64,000 nt of DNA from Spirochaetia bacterium (GCA_963666985.2 CAXXIA010000001.1:928001-992000), one strand, 5' to 3'; shown: positions 39,778-49,937, counted from the first letter of the stretch. A program made the numbers and translations. The notes: generated by a model not told the origin, from the sequence alone.

Positions 39778-40773
39778 ATGGCGGCGAAGGAAGGAGCGGG
39801 AGTCATCTCCACCGCAAAGAGGATTTTCACTAAGGTTCAATGGCAGAAATATGCATCGTTTATCGCCTTGGTATTTCTGGTGATTTTGTCATCAATCTTA
39901 AGTCCCTATTTTCTGAAGCCGCAGAATCTCATCAATATAGTGAGACAGGTGTCGTATACGGGAATCATTGCGCTTGGAATGACATTCGTCATTATTACAG
40001 CGGGAATTGATCTTTCCGTCGGTTCCGTAGTCGCGTTCACGGGTTCCGTCGTGATTCTCTCAATGAATGCCTTTCTCAATGTCGTCGACAACGAGTTTTT
40101 CGGAGTTCTGCTGGGATTCATCATCGGTATCCTGGTGGGCGGTCTGTCGGGTGCGTTTAACGCATTCATGATAACAAAAGGAAAAATCGTACCCTTCATA
40201 GCCACCTTGGGGTCCATGGCTATTTTCAGGTCGTTAAGCCTTTTTATTGGAAATGCGGGAGAGATTCCGTCGCACAACGAGCTTTACGGTGAATTCGGGA
40301 TGGGAACGCTCCTTTTTATACCGGTTCCTGTTTTCTTCTTTATCGGACTTGCGGCGATTTTGCACCTTGTTTTGAACAACACTCGATATGGCCGCTATTT
40401 ATGCGCCGTCGGATCCAACCAGAAAGTCGCATTATTTTCGGCAATCAACGTCAACAAAATCAAATTCATCGCATATACGCTCATTGGCGTTTTGGTCGGG
40501 ATATCCGCCATTCTTTTGGGATCGCGATTCAATGCCGTCAGCACCTCCAATATGGGACTTTCCTATGAATTGGATGCGATCGCGGCGGTCATCATCGGCG
40601 GAACGGTGATGGCCGGCGGCCGGGGAACTATTTGGGGAACCGTATTCGGAGCGTTAATTCTCGGGATTATCAACAATATGCTCAATATGGTGGGTGTTTC
40701 TCCGTATCTTCAGGGAACCGTTAAGGGACTTGTCATCATCGCCGCGGTCTATGTTCAGAAACAGAAGCAGTAG
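39778..40773 (+). CDS. Monosaccharide ABC permease, RbsC-like
   Basis: GIDLSVGS, PFIATLG, YELDAIAAVIIGG. Start at 39778 after GAGGAGG. Confidence 0.93.
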   Translation: MAAKEGAGVISTAKRIFTKVQWQKYASFIALVFLVILSSILSPYFLKPQNLINIVRQVSYTGIIALGMTFVIITAGIDLSVGSVVAFTGSVVILSMNAFLNVVDNEFFGVLLGFIIGILVGGLSGAFNAFMITKGKIVPFIATLGSMAIFRSLSLFIGNAGEIPSHNELYGEFGMGTLLFIPVPVFFFIGLAAILHLVLNNTRYGRYLCAVGSNQKVALFSAINVNKIKFIAYTLIGVLVGISAILLGSRFNAVSTSNMGLSYELDAIAAVIIGGTVMAGGRGTIWGTVFGALILGIINNMLNMVGVSPYLQGTVKGLVIIAAVYVQKQKQ

Positions 40774-41041
40774 AAACGGATGAAAAGAGCGTTCTTTCCA
40801 TTACGGCATCCCCTATCGTTGAGAACGATTTTCACAGGCGGTCTTTTAAAATGTTACGGAAACGGCCCTGCCGGTTATTCGGCATCGGATGATCTGAAGT
40901 TGTTCATAAACGGCTTTCGCCGCTTATGAGGATGATGAAATCCCGACGGACGGCGGTGAAGAGTTTCACAGCCAAACCCGCAGGATCATTATTGTAAACG
41001 ACCGACGTTTTTTGTCGGTAAAAACCTTATTGGAGGGATTT

Positions 41042-42085
41042 ATGAAAAGGATCTTGAACGTAGCGATGTTCTTGCTCTTCGTAATCGGTATGGTTTTCAT
41101 AACCGGATGCGGGAAAGAAGAACCCAAGGCCGCCGCTCCGGCAGCGGTGCAGCAAGCATCCGAGGATGCTCCGGCCGCAAAAAACTACACCGGAAAAATC
41201 GGCGTGTCCCTTCCCACCGCGACCCATGGCTATATGGGACGTGTTAACTGGTGGGCTCAGAAAGCGGTCGCCGATTGGGAAGCAAAGTGTCCGGATATCG
41301 AATTTCTTATCGTAGCGGCGGACAGTGTCGCCAAGCAGGCGGCGGATATTGAAGATTTGATGATTAAAGAAATTGACGCCCTTGTCTGTTTCCCCTTCGA
41401 TTCTTCTTTAACTTCCGTAGTTGAGAAAGCATATGAATCGGGCATCTATACGGTGGTTCTTGACCGCGGAACAACAAAGCCTGTTTATGATGTTTACATT
41501 TCCAATGATGATGAAGGCTATACACGTCTCGGAACGCGATGGATTGCCGACAAACTCGGTCCCGGCGCCAAACTGGTTGTTATTGAAGGTATCCCCTGTG
41601 AAATCAATACAATCCGTACCGAAACAATTAAAGCCACCGCCGATAAATATGGTCTTAAAGTTCTTGATTCCCAACCGGGTATGTGGAATCCCGAAAAAGC
41701 ATTGGCCGTAATGGAGAATTATCTGCAAAAGTATCCTGAAATTGATGCTGTTTACACCGCCGACGACGACATGATGAAAGGTGCTCTGCAGGCGTACAAA
41801 GAATCGGGCCGCAGCGATATAAAAGTTTTCCTCGGCGGAGGCGCCGATAAGGAAATTCTTGAAATGATTATGAACGATTCGAATCCTCTTGTAACGGCGG
41901 ATATTACGTATCCGCCGGACTGCATTGCCTCGGCCATCAGCCTTGCCGTTCTCGGTTATAATAACCAGGTTTTCGAAGGTTTTTATCAGAAGAAACTTCC
42001 GAAGCGCATGGTTATGCCCGCCGAGCTGATTACCAAGGAGAACGTGAAAACGTATTACGTTGCCGATGAGCTGAATTTTAAATAA
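41042..42085 (+). CDS. Sugar ABC substrate-binding lipoprotein (PBP1 family)
   Basis: Lipobox ITGC; P.ATHG, VVLDR, IDAVYTADDDM, ITYPP. ATG at 41042 after GGAGG. Confidence 0.92.
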   Translation: MKRILNVAMFLLFVIGMVFITGCGKEEPKAAAPAAVQQASEDAPAAKNYTGKIGVSLPTATHGYMGRVNWWAQKAVADWEAKCPDIEFLIVAADSVAKQAADIEDLMIKEIDALVCFPFDSSLTSVVEKAYESGIYTVVLDRGTTKPVYDVYISNDDEGYTRLGTRWIADKLGPGAKLVVIEGIPCEINTIRTETIKATADKYGLKVLDSQPGMWNPEKALAVMENYLQKYPEIDAVYTADDDMMKGALQAYKESGRSDIKVFLGGGADKEILEMIMNDSNPLVTADITYPPDCIASAISLAVLGYNNQVFEGFYQKKLPKRMVMPAELITKENVKTYYVADELNFK

Positions 42086-42101
42086 TCGGACTGATTTAGA
42101 G

Positions 42102-42137
42102 GAAAGCCGTCCGTTAAAGGGCGGCTTTTCTTATTTT
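42102..42137. terminator. Intrinsic terminator between the convergent sugar SBP gene and guaA
   Basis: GAAAGCCGTCC-gttaaa-GGGCGGCTTTTC followed by a T-rich tract. Confidence 0.75.
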
Positions 42138-42143
42138 AAATGC

Positions 42144-43697
42144 TTATTCCCACTCAATCGTCGCGGGCGGCTTGGAGGAAATATCGTAGACCACACGGCC
42201 CACTTCCCGAACTTCATTTGTAATTCTGGAAGAAATTTCCAGCAAATCGCGTGTCGGGAAATCATAGACATCCGCCGTCATGCCGTCACGGCTCACCACG
42301 GCCCTGAGCGCAAGAACGTATCCATACTCCCGTGCATCGCCGGTAACCCCTACGGAACGCACCGGGAGAAGCACGGAGAACGCCTGCCATATTTCATCAT
42401 ACAGGTTTCTTTCCCTAAGCTCCTGAAGATATATCGCATCGGCTTTCCGCAGAATATCGAGTTTCGCCTTAGTCACATCCGAGAGAATGCGAATCCCCAG
42501 CCCCGGTCCCGGGAAGGGATGCCTGCCCACAATATCGGCCGGGAGTCCGAGTAAAGTTCCGAGCCGGCGAACTTCATCTTTGTAAAGCCGTTCCAGAGGT
42601 TCCACGAGATCGCCGGCTTCACGCTTTGCCTGTACCAGCGGAGTCCCGACATTGTGATGGCTTTTGATAACCTGCGCTTGATTCCCAACGCCTTTACCGG
42701 ATTCGATAAGATCCGTATACAAAGTCCCTTGAGCCAGAAGATAACCATCGGGAATATGTTTTCCAATTTCCTCTTGCTGAACTTTCATGAAAACATCACC
42801 GATGATCTTCCGTTTTTCCTCCGGATCGGTCACGCCCGAGAGCGGCTTGAGGAATCTCTCCTCGGCATCGATGATAAGAAGATTTTCAGCGCCTAATCGG
42901 TGCAAATGTTCACTAACCTCTTCCGTTTCGCCCTTACGCATCATTCCGGTATCCACATACATCAGCCAAACCTGACGATGTGGAAGTGCCTTGAGCAGAA
43001 GAGCCGCGGCTACAGTCGAATCCACGCCGCCCGATATCAGGAGAAGCACATTTCGCTTCCCGACTTTTTCTCTGAGCGCGGAGGATTCCTGATCAATATA
43101 ACCTTCGAGGGTCCATTCTTTTCGCGCACCGCAAATACCGCAGGCGAAATTCTCCAAAAGAGAATTACCGTATTCACAATGACTGGCCTCGGGATGAAAC
43201 TGGACTCCCCAAACCGGCAGGTTATTATGAGCGGCGGCCGAACAGACGCCGTTTTCGCTTTCGGCGATACTGTCGAAATCGCGGCCGAGCGCGGCGACAC
43301 TGTCGCCGTGGCTCATCCACGAAAGAAACTCATCGGGAATATCCGAAAATAAAGGATTGCCGCCGATATGACGACGGACAAGTGAACGCCCATATTCACG
43401 ATGAGGAAGAGGCTTCACCTCTCCGCCGTTCATTATCGTTAATTGATGAAAGCCGTAACAAATTCCCAGCACGGGCAAACCGCATTCCCAGAGAGCCTCA
43501 TCGGGCGCGGGCGAGTCTTCCCGCCAGGAAGAATGCGGAGAACCCGAGAGGATGATTCCTTTAATATCGTCATGAAGAACATCCCGAAGAGAAGCGTCTC
43601 CCGGTGCGATTTCGGAATATACTCCGAAATCGCGAATTCTTCGTCCGATCAGCTGAGTCGTTTGTCCGCCGAAATCAAGAATCAGGATAGAGTCCAC
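42144..43697 (-). CDS. guaA: GMP synthase (glutamine-hydrolysing)
   Basis: ILDFGGQ, LGICYG, QFHPE, SGGVDS, IKSHHNV, HPFPGPGL, KPPATIEWE. Confidence 0.97.
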   Translation of the reverse strand: MDSILILDFGGQTTQLIGRRIRDFGVYSEIAPGDASLRDVLHDDIKGIILSGSPHSSWREDSPAPDEALWECGLPVLGICYGFHQLTIMNGGEVKPLPHREYGRSLVRRHIGGNPLFSDIPDEFLSWMSHGDSVAALGRDFDSIAESENGVCSAAAHNNLPVWGVQFHPEASHCEYGNSLLENFACGICGARKEWTLEGYIDQESSALREKVGKRNVLLLISGGVDSTVAAALLLKALPHRQVWLMYVDTGMMRKGETEEVSEHLHRLGAENLLIIDAEERFLKPLSGVTDPEEKRKIIGDVFMKVQQEEIGKHIPDGYLLAQGTLYTDLIESGKGVGNQAQVIKSHHNVGTPLVQAKREAGDLVEPLERLYKDEVRRLGTLLGLPADIVGRHPFPGPGLGIRILSDVTKAKLDILRKADAIYLQELRERNLYDEIWQAFSVLLPVRSVGVTGDAREYGYVLALRAVVSRDGMTADVYDFPTRDLLEISSRITNEVREVGRVVYDISSKPPATIEWE

Positions 43698-44911
43698 GGA
43701 TCCACCTTCATGAACGTTTCATCTCTTAACGGACCGACCGAATATCCGTGGACGGGAACATCGGTGAATTCTTCAATAAAGGAAACGGCGGCTTTGGCCT
43801 TTTCCGGCAGATCTTCCCAACTGCGGGCTTCCGCGACTTTGCCCTCCCAGCCGTCAAGATATTCGATAACGGGTACGACTTTTTCCAGTTCGGCGGGATT
43901 CGACGGGAAATAATCGATCCGCTCGCCGTTGAGCTCATAAGCCGTACACACCCCGATTTTTTCGAACCCGTCGTAGAGGTTCAGATGGGAGAGGATGAAA
44001 CCGTCGAGGCTGTTCACCCATCCCGAATATTTCAGGGCCACCAAATCCAAATAACCGATGCGGCGGGGTCTTCCTGTCGTTACACCGTACTCATGACCGA
44101 GTTGTCTGAGTGTATCGCCGATTTCGGCCTCTTTTCCTTCCTTCATCTCCGTCGGGAACGGCCCGTTGCCGACGCGTGTTTGATAGGCCTTGAAAACTCC
44201 GAGGCATTTATCGATGCGTCTGGGGCCGATGGTCGCGCCGAGAGCGGCTCCGGCGCTTACGGAGATACCGGAGGAAACATACGGATAAGTTCCGTTATCC
44301 AGGTCCAGAAGGGCTCCCTGCGCCCCTTCCAGGAGAATCTTTTTCCCGGTGTTTTTCATCATGAAAGCCGCAAGGTTTACCTTCATGACTTCGATGCGTT
44401 CTTTATATGGCTCCAGCCAGTCACGGTCGGTGGAGCTGAGCGCTTCCCATACGACAGGATCCCACAGATCGGCGACTCTGATGCCGTCACGGGAAGCTTT
44501 TTTCCCATAGGCCACGCCGATTCCGCGCCCCGTGGTGCCGATCGGCCGAGCCCGATGCTCGTCGATGCTCAAATCTTCACTTTTATAGCTGGGAAGAACC
44601 AAATGCGCCCTGTCCGATACAACGACACGGCCTTCCCAGTCCACGCCCTGAGCGGCTATTCCGGCCAGCTCTTCAAACATCGACGCGGGATCAATCACCA
44701 TCCCGCTTCCGAGCACCACGGTTTTTCCCGGAGATATGATTCCGGCCGGAATAAGGTGGAGAGCAAACGTTTTATCGTCGACCTTGACGGTATGACCGGC
44801 GTTCGCGCCTCCGGAAAAACGAACCACCAAGTCCGCGTTTTCGGAGAAGTAGTCCACCATCTTGCCTTTTCCCTCATCGCCCCATTGGGCTCCGACAATT
44901 ACCAGATTCAT
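43682..44911 (-). CDS. purA: Adenylosuccinate synthetase
   Basis: QWGDEGKGK, GGANAGHT, IGTTGRGIG, EGAQG, GTYPYVSS, TRVGNGPFPTE, GVTTGRPRR. Confidence 0.96.
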   Translation of the reverse strand: MNLVIVGAQWGDEGKGKMVDYFSENADLVVRFSGGANAGHTVKVDDKTFALHLIPAGIISPGKTVVLGSGMVIDPASMFEELAGIAAQGVDWEGRVVVSDRAHLVLPSYKSEDLSIDEHRARPIGTTGRGIGVAYGKKASRDGIRVADLWDPVVWEALSSTDRDWLEPYKERIEVMKVNLAAFMMKNTGKKILLEGAQGALLDLDNGTYPYVSSGISVSAGAALGATIGPRRIDKCLGVFKAYQTRVGNGPFPTEMKEGKEAEIGDTLRQLGHEYGVTTGRPRRIGYLDLVALKYSGWVNSLDGFILSHLNLYDGFEKIGVCTAYELNGERIDYFPSNPAELEKVVPVIEYLDGWEGKVAEARSWEDLPEKAKAAVSFIEEFTDVPVHGYSVGPLRDETFMKVDPWTLS

Positions 44912-45105
44912 TGAATTTGCTCCTATCTGTTTGAAGGCCGCATTATGCCTGAATTTTTAAGAACCGCGAATTTTCCCGCGCGATTCGGAGTCGGATTTCA
45001 ACCGCCGTGAATTCGCATCGTTTGACGTATCGTCGATTTCACGGACAACTCTCATATCCGCTGCGGATTACAGACGGACATTCACTTACCGGATCAGCGG
45101 ATTTG

Positions 45106-46545
45106 CTAGGATCTGGTGTAATTGGGGGCCTCTTGGGTAATACTGACATCATGCGCATGACTCTCTCGAAGACCCGCCGACGATATCTTGATGAATCGCC
45201 GGTACTTGCGCAAGTCCGCAAGAGTGGCACAGCCGGTATAACCCATTCCTTTCTTCAAGCCGGTAACCAACTGATGCAGATACGGCTTTAATTCGCCTTT
45301 ATACGGAACACGTCCTTCAATCCCTTCGGGTACAGGCTCTTCGCCTTCGGCCATGCGGTATCGGTCTCCCCCGCCCGATTGAATCGCGGCGATGGAGCCC
45401 ATGCCTCTGTAGGATTTAAAGATACGGCCTTCATAAATAATTTCTCTGCCGGGAGACTCTTTCAGTCCCGCGAAAATATTCCCAATCATAACCGCGGAAG
45501 CTCCCGCGCCGATCGCTTTGACGATATCACCCGAATACTTAATCCCTCCGTCGGCGATTACGGGAATGCCGTAGGAATCGCAGACTTCAACGGCCTCAAC
45601 AACCGCCGTAAACTGAGGAACGCCGATACCCGCGACGATCCGCGTGGTACAAATCGACCCCGGCCCAACCCCGACTTTAACGGCGTCGGCCCCGGCCTTC
45701 ACAAGTCTGAGCGCTCCGTCTCCATCGGCGATATTCCCTCCGATAATCGGAATTCCGGGCCAGGCATTCTTAATCTCGCCGATTGACTTGAGGACTTCCG
45801 AAGAAGCTCCGTGGGCCGTATCAAGAACAAGAAAGTCCACCTTTGCTTTCGCCAGTTCCGGCATTCGCCGGCGCCAATCCTGAGGACTCACGGCGGCGCC
45901 CACGATAAGACTTCCGTTTTCATCCAGGGCGGCATTCGGATAATCCCGGTGCTTCTCCATATCCCGTACGGTAATAAGCCCCGTAAGCGTTCCCTGATGA
46001 TCAACGACGGGAAGCTTTTCAATACGATGCTTATCGAATTTTTCTCTTGCCGTATCTTCGGTCGGCGTTCCTGTTTCAACGACCAGTTTCGTCGTCATGA
46101 CATCGTCGACCATATCCTCGGGATGAACGTTGAATTTTAAATCCCGTTCGGTAATGATGCCGACGAGTTTTCCCGAATCGAGAACGGGCAGACCCGTTAC
46201 ACCGGTTTCGTCCATGATTTTCCGAACTTGAGCCAGTGTGATTCCGGTTGATACCGTTACGGGATTTTCTATAACCCAGTTTAAAAAACGTTTTACCTTC
46301 GCTACCTGCCGTGCCTGCTCTTCGGGAGGCAGATTGCGGTGAATCACTCCGGCCCCGCCGTCGAGCGCCAAGGCGATGGCCATGCGATCTTCGGTAACCG
46401 TATCCATCGCCGCTGAGATAATCGGCACATTCAGCTTAATATTCCCGGCGAGAACGGTTCCCACATCGGCATCACCGGGTAAAACTTCCGAATATGCCGG
46501 GGATAAAAGAACATCGTCGTAGCTTAAGGCCTCTCTGATTTCCAT
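45106..46545 (-). CDS. guaB: IMP dehydrogenase with a CBS pair
   Basis: [37 protein letters not shown]. Start MEIRE at 46545 after GGAGG, with a TAATG overlap with the purB stop. Confidence 0.97.
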   Translation of the reverse strand: MEIREALSYDDVLLSPAYSEVLPGDADVGTVLAGNIKLNVPIISAAMDTVTEDRMAIALALDGGAGVIHRNLPPEEQARQVAKVKRFLNWVIENPVTVSTGITLAQVRKIMDETGVTGLPVLDSGKLVGIITERDLKFNVHPEDMVDDVMTTKLVVETGTPTEDTAREKFDKHRIEKLPVVDHQGTLTGLITVRDMEKHRDYPNAALDENGSLIVGAAVSPQDWRRRMPELAKAKVDFLVLDTAHGASSEVLKSIGEIKNAWPGIPIIGGNIADGDGALRLVKAGADAVKVGVGPGSICTTRIVAGIGVPQFTAVVEAVEVCDSYGIPVIADGGIKYSGDIVKAIGAGASAVMIGNIFAGLKESPGREIIYEGRIFKSYRGMGSIAAIQSGGGDRYRMAEGEEPVPEGIEGRVPYKGELKPYLHQLVTGLKKGMGYTGCATLADLRKYRRFIKISSAGLRESHAHDVSITQEAPNYTRS

Positions 46546-47975
46546 TACAATTCCTCCCGTATCGTTTTGGATATCGATTGATATTTCGATGCAATGTCCC
46601 GAGCTCGTTTGGATGCGAGCCCGGAGTATGATTTCGGATCGGCGTAAAAATCCTCGGCGGAAACCCTTAAAACGGCGTTCAAACGATTTGAAATCGCCTC
46701 CCATTCCCGGGGATGCTCGTCTTTAAAAACATCTTTCAAGGAGCGTCCCGATCCGTCGGCTTCAAGAGTGGCATTACGGACGATTTCATGCGCATCACCG
46801 TAACCGGAAAGGGCCAGAAGGATGTATGTGGGTTCGGCCAAAACTCCGTCTCCCAGACCGGAGAGATTTTCCAGCATTTGTTCCTTCCTGACGACCAAAG
46901 CTTCCATGACTTTTTTCATCCTGGCGGCGGCGGCGGCGAATCCGGCGATGTAATCCGTAATAAAGCGGCTTGAAGCCGAATTGGTCAAATCCCTCTGATG
47001 TTCCGAAATCTGATCCATGTAAAAGCTCATAACCCGAGGACAAAAGGCTTTCCAGAGACTCTTCACATGCTCGCTGTTCCAGGGATTCCTCTTTTGAGGC
47101 ATCGTGGACGAGCCAACCTGGCCTTTGCCGAACGATTCAACAACTTCCCCTATCTCGGATCGCTGCAGATGCCGACAGTCATCCGCCAGATTCGCCAAAA
47201 TACCGAAAGTCACATTCATTTCCAAAAGGAGCCTGAGCAAATGTTCGGGTTCAACGATTTGATTGGCATAATCGGCTTTTTGCAGACCCAAAGTGTCGAG
47301 GTATTCTTTTTCCATGGATTCCGGATCGGCCGTAATTATGCTGGTGGCGTTATAGGCGCCGACGGCCCCCGCAAGCTTTCCGCGAAGATTCCTTGATCGA
47401 TTCTCCAATTCAATAATGGACTGCCCCAGTCTTGAAACATATTCGGCCAAAGCGAAACCATACGTAATGGGCACGGCCAATTGACCGTGGGTGCGGCCCA
47501 CCTGCGGTGTTTCCGCCTCTTCGAATGTTTTTTTTATGAGAACATCAAGAAGATCCAGAAGCAGCGGCAGAATGGTGCCTCTGAGCGCATCTCTTATTCT
47601 CATCGACATGGCCGTATCGAGAATGTCTACCGACGTGGCCCCGAGATGAACCCAGGGCGCCAAATCCGGCGGAAGATATTTCTGTATCACATTCACCAAA
47701 GCTCTGATGTTGTGGTGGGTGATTTCTTCTTCGGCCGCCACTTCTTCAGGCGTAACGGAGGTTTCAAGAGCTTCGACGGCCTTTAAAAAGCGTTCATCGT
47801 TATTCAGACTGTTCTTTATGTGCGCCTTGAGAAGAGAAGACTCGGCACGCACCAGATATCCGACGGCCGCCTTCTCACTGAGTGTTTTTGAAAGATTATC
47901 AAAAAGATTTTTATTCGCCGCCCAGTACCTGTGGTCAAGAGGCGAAAGATTCAAGAAAGGATCTCTGTATTCCAT
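46545..47975 (-). CDS. purB: Adenylosuccinate lyase
   Basis: SPLDHRY, HLGATSVD, GRTHGQ, GAVG, GSSTMPQKRNP. Start MEYRD at 47975. Confidence 0.94.
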   Translation of the reverse strand: MEYRDPFLNLSPLDHRYWAANKNLFDNLSKTLSEKAAVGYLVRAESSLLKAHIKNSLNNDERFLKAVEALETSVTPEEVAAEEEITHHNIRALVNVIQKYLPPDLAPWVHLGATSVDILDTAMSMRIRDALRGTILPLLLDLLDVLIKKTFEEAETPQVGRTHGQLAVPITYGFALAEYVSRLGQSIIELENRSRNLRGKLAGAVGAYNATSIITADPESMEKEYLDTLGLQKADYANQIVEPEHLLRLLLEMNVTFGILANLADDCRHLQRSEIGEVVESFGKGQVGSSTMPQKRNPWNSEHVKSLWKAFCPRVMSFYMDQISEHQRDLTNSASSRFITDYIAGFAAAAARMKKVMEALVVRKEQMLENLSGLGDGVLAEPTYILLALSGYGDAHEIVRNATLEADGSGRSLKDVFKDEHPREWEAISNRLNAVLRVSAEDFYADPKSYSGLASKRARDIASKYQSISKTIREEL

Positions 47976-48066
47976 GAAGAATGATGCCCGAAACAATAAG
48001 TGATTTTCAAGCCCTATTATATGCTTGACCAAATCGGCGGAAGACCGTTAAAGTCTTCTTCGTCCC

Positions 48067-48138
48067 GCGCCTGTCGTATAATGGTTATTACCTCAGCCTT
48101 CCAAGCTGATGACGTCGGTTCGATTCCGATCAGGCGCT
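48067..48138 (+). tRNA. tRNA-Gly (anticodon TCC); CCA not encoded
   Basis: Acceptor stem GCGCCTG/CAGGCGC, anticodon arm TCAGC-CT-TCC-AA-GCTGA, T-arm GTCGG-TTCGATT-CCGAT. Upstream TTGACC-18 nt-TAAAGT promoter at 48025-48054. Confidence 0.97.
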
Positions 48139-48290
48139 GAGAGCGAGAGGAATGACGGAGCTTGCTTCATCATTCCCGAGCCGAAGCGGCCGACACCCGA
48201 AGGGTGATCAGGCGCTGCAATCAAAAACCGTGAGAAACCGAAGCTTGCACGTGGCCGAACAAAAGCGGCCGACACCCGAAGGCAGGCGCT
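48139..48290 (+). repeat. Two ~75-78 nt tRNA-linked repeat units, each ending in a copy of the tRNA 3' end
   Basis: AAGCGGCCGACACCCGAAGG at 48184-48203 and 48263-48282. CAGGCGCT at 48131, 48209 and 48283. Confidence 0.85.
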
Positions 48291-48333
48291 TATGGTGAGA
48301 GCCGCGGGCGAGCGGCAGCCATCATATGATTTT

Positions 48334-48915
48334 TCACCTTAAATCCAGAAACTTTTTTGCATCGTCATAGTCTTTCTTTGTATCAACGTCCTTAACAACA
48401 CCGGAATGATCCCAGGGAATCGGCTTCAATACGGCTTTCTGCAGCGATTTATAAAGAGGCTCATCTTTCGCCGATTCCATGACCGTTTTTATTCCTTTGG
48501 GTCCCAGCAGAACCGGATGCCCCGGAATTCCTTGATACAGCGGCCGGGAACAGATTCCATTCCCTTCGGCGGCCAATCGCAGAAAATCGGAACTTTTCAC
48601 CAGAGGCATGTCGCCGGGAACGAGAAAAACCGATTCGGATTCAATCAATTCAAGAGCTCCGCGGATGGTGGCCCCCATTCCCGCTTCCCAGTCACGAATC
48701 TCGGCGATCATCACATCGGATCTTGAGGCAAAGATTTTTCGCAGCTCATCGATTCGATAGCCGCCCGCGATGATTGTTCTGCAGCCCGCCGCGAGAGAGG
48801 CTTCCGCGACGGATTCGATAACGGTATGATTCCCCCACGGCATCGCAATTTTCCATTCCCCCATCCGCGAGGAAAATCCCGCGGCCGGTATGATACAATC
48901 GGGAATTGTTTCCAT
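48334..48915 (-). CDS. MobA/MocA-like nucleotidyltransferase
   Basis: IIPAAGFSSRMGEWK, GDMP, GHPVL, DVDT..DY. Start METIP at 48915 after GGAGG. Confidence 0.85.
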   Translation of the reverse strand: METIPDCIIPAAGFSSRMGEWKIAMPWGNHTVIESVAEASLAAGCRTIIAGGYRIDELRKIFASRSDVMIAEIRDWEAGMGATIRGALELIESESVFLVPGDMPLVKSSDFLRLAAEGNGICSRPLYQGIPGHPVLLGPKGIKTVMESAKDEPLYKSLQKAVLKPIPWDHSGVVKDVDTKKDYDDAKKFLDLR

Positions 48916-48956
48916 ATTAGAAATTCCTCCGATCAGCAAGTATATTTTATTTAGGT

Positions 48957-49937
48957 ATGATGATGACATTAGACGAAATCAGGCAATTTCTTGAAGACAC
49001 GAATAAGCTTCTACTGACAACACACGAGTCACCGGATGGAGACGGACTTGGTGCCGAATACGCCCTTTGTGAGGCATTCCTTCAGCTTGGAAAGGAAATT
49101 TGTGTATTAAATGCGGAAATACCATCTTCAAAATATGCGTTCATCGACAAGAAAGGCCTTCTGAAAACTCTTGGTATCGATGCCGAATATCCTCAGGATC
49201 TTAATGAATGGACCCTCGTTGTTCTCGATACGGAGCCGACGAATATCGGGAGTATCTCCGAAACCGTGCTTAACGAATGCAGAGATGTCGTCGTTATCGA
49301 CCATCATAAACCGAAAACGAACATAAACTATCGAGGATGGCTCGCGCCCGAATCATCGTCAACGTGTGAGATGGTTTTTCAAATCATCGATGATATGAAG
49401 CTGAAGATCCGAAAGGATATGGCCGTGGCCCTTTATGCGGGCATCGTCTACGACACAGGTTCCTTCATTTATCCGAAAACACAGGCACAAACCTTTCGAA
49501 TAGCCGAGAATCTTGTTTCCAAGGGCGTAATCCCCAACGAAATCTATACAAAACTGTATGAAAGCAAATCCGCCGGCGCGCTTATCTGTCAATCGCTTGT
49601 TACAAGCACCATGTCGCTTCGGGATAACGGACGTGTCGGAGTCCAAATCATGCCGAGGGAAACACTCATCGCGTCGGGGGCCGTTTATGATGAAACGCAG
49701 GAAATCGTCAATATTCCGCTTCAATGCTCCGATGTCCGCGCCTCGGTTTTTCTTAAAGAAAACAAGCAGGGTATTCGCCGATGTTCCATCCGATCAAAAG
49801 GAGAAGTCGATTGCGCCGCCATCGCGCATACTTTCGGCGGCGGAGGCCATAAAACCGCCGCGGGTTTCAAGTTCGTCGATTCATTCGAGGAAATCCTTGA
49901 AAAGATTCTTGATGCGATACACAACTACTTAACATAA
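48957..49937 (+). CDS. nrnA: DHH/DHHA1 oligoribonuclease / pAp phosphatase (NrnA-like)
   Basis: HESPDGDG, IDHH, YDTGSF, SIRS, GGGGHKTAAG. Confidence 0.9.
   Translation: MMMTLDEIRQFLEDTNKLLLTTHESPDGDGLGAEYALCEAFLQLGKEICVLNAEIPSSKYAFIDKKGLLKTLGIDAEYPQDLNEWTLVVLDTEPTNIGSISETVLNECRDVVVIDHHKPKTNINYRGWLAPESSSTCEMVFQIIDDMKLKIRKDMAVALYAGIVYDTGSFIYPKTQAQTFRIAENLVSKGVIPNEIYTKLYESKSAGALICQSLVTSTMSLRDNGRVGVQIMPRETLIASGAVYDETQEIVNIPLQCSDVRASVFLKENKQGIRRCSIRSKGEVDCAAIAHTFGGGGHKTAAGFKFVDSFEEILEKILDAIHNYLT

Noticed and set aside
40780..40929. 49-codon ORF between the sugar permease and SBP genes
   Set aside because: No clear RBS and no recognisable protein features; treated as intergenic.
43682..44911. Possibility that the atypical purA is PurZ (Z-base synthesis)
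   Set aside because: It retains the catalytic GDEGKG Asp and TTGRPRR, sits in a housekeeping purB/guaB/guaA cluster, and has no phage context.
43748..44914. 388-aa plus-strand ORF
   Set aside because: Codon-aligned antisense shadow of purA.
47976..48066. Purine riboswitch upstream of purB; also a SAM riboswitch before metK and a preQ1 riboswitch before yhhQ
   Set aside because: The spacers are too short or occupied by promoters or overlapping genes, and no consensus motifs are visible.
48139..48320. CRISPR array or integrated island at tRNA-Gly
   Set aside because: Only two repeat copies, the intervening sequences are related to each other, and no cas, integrase or cargo genes are present.
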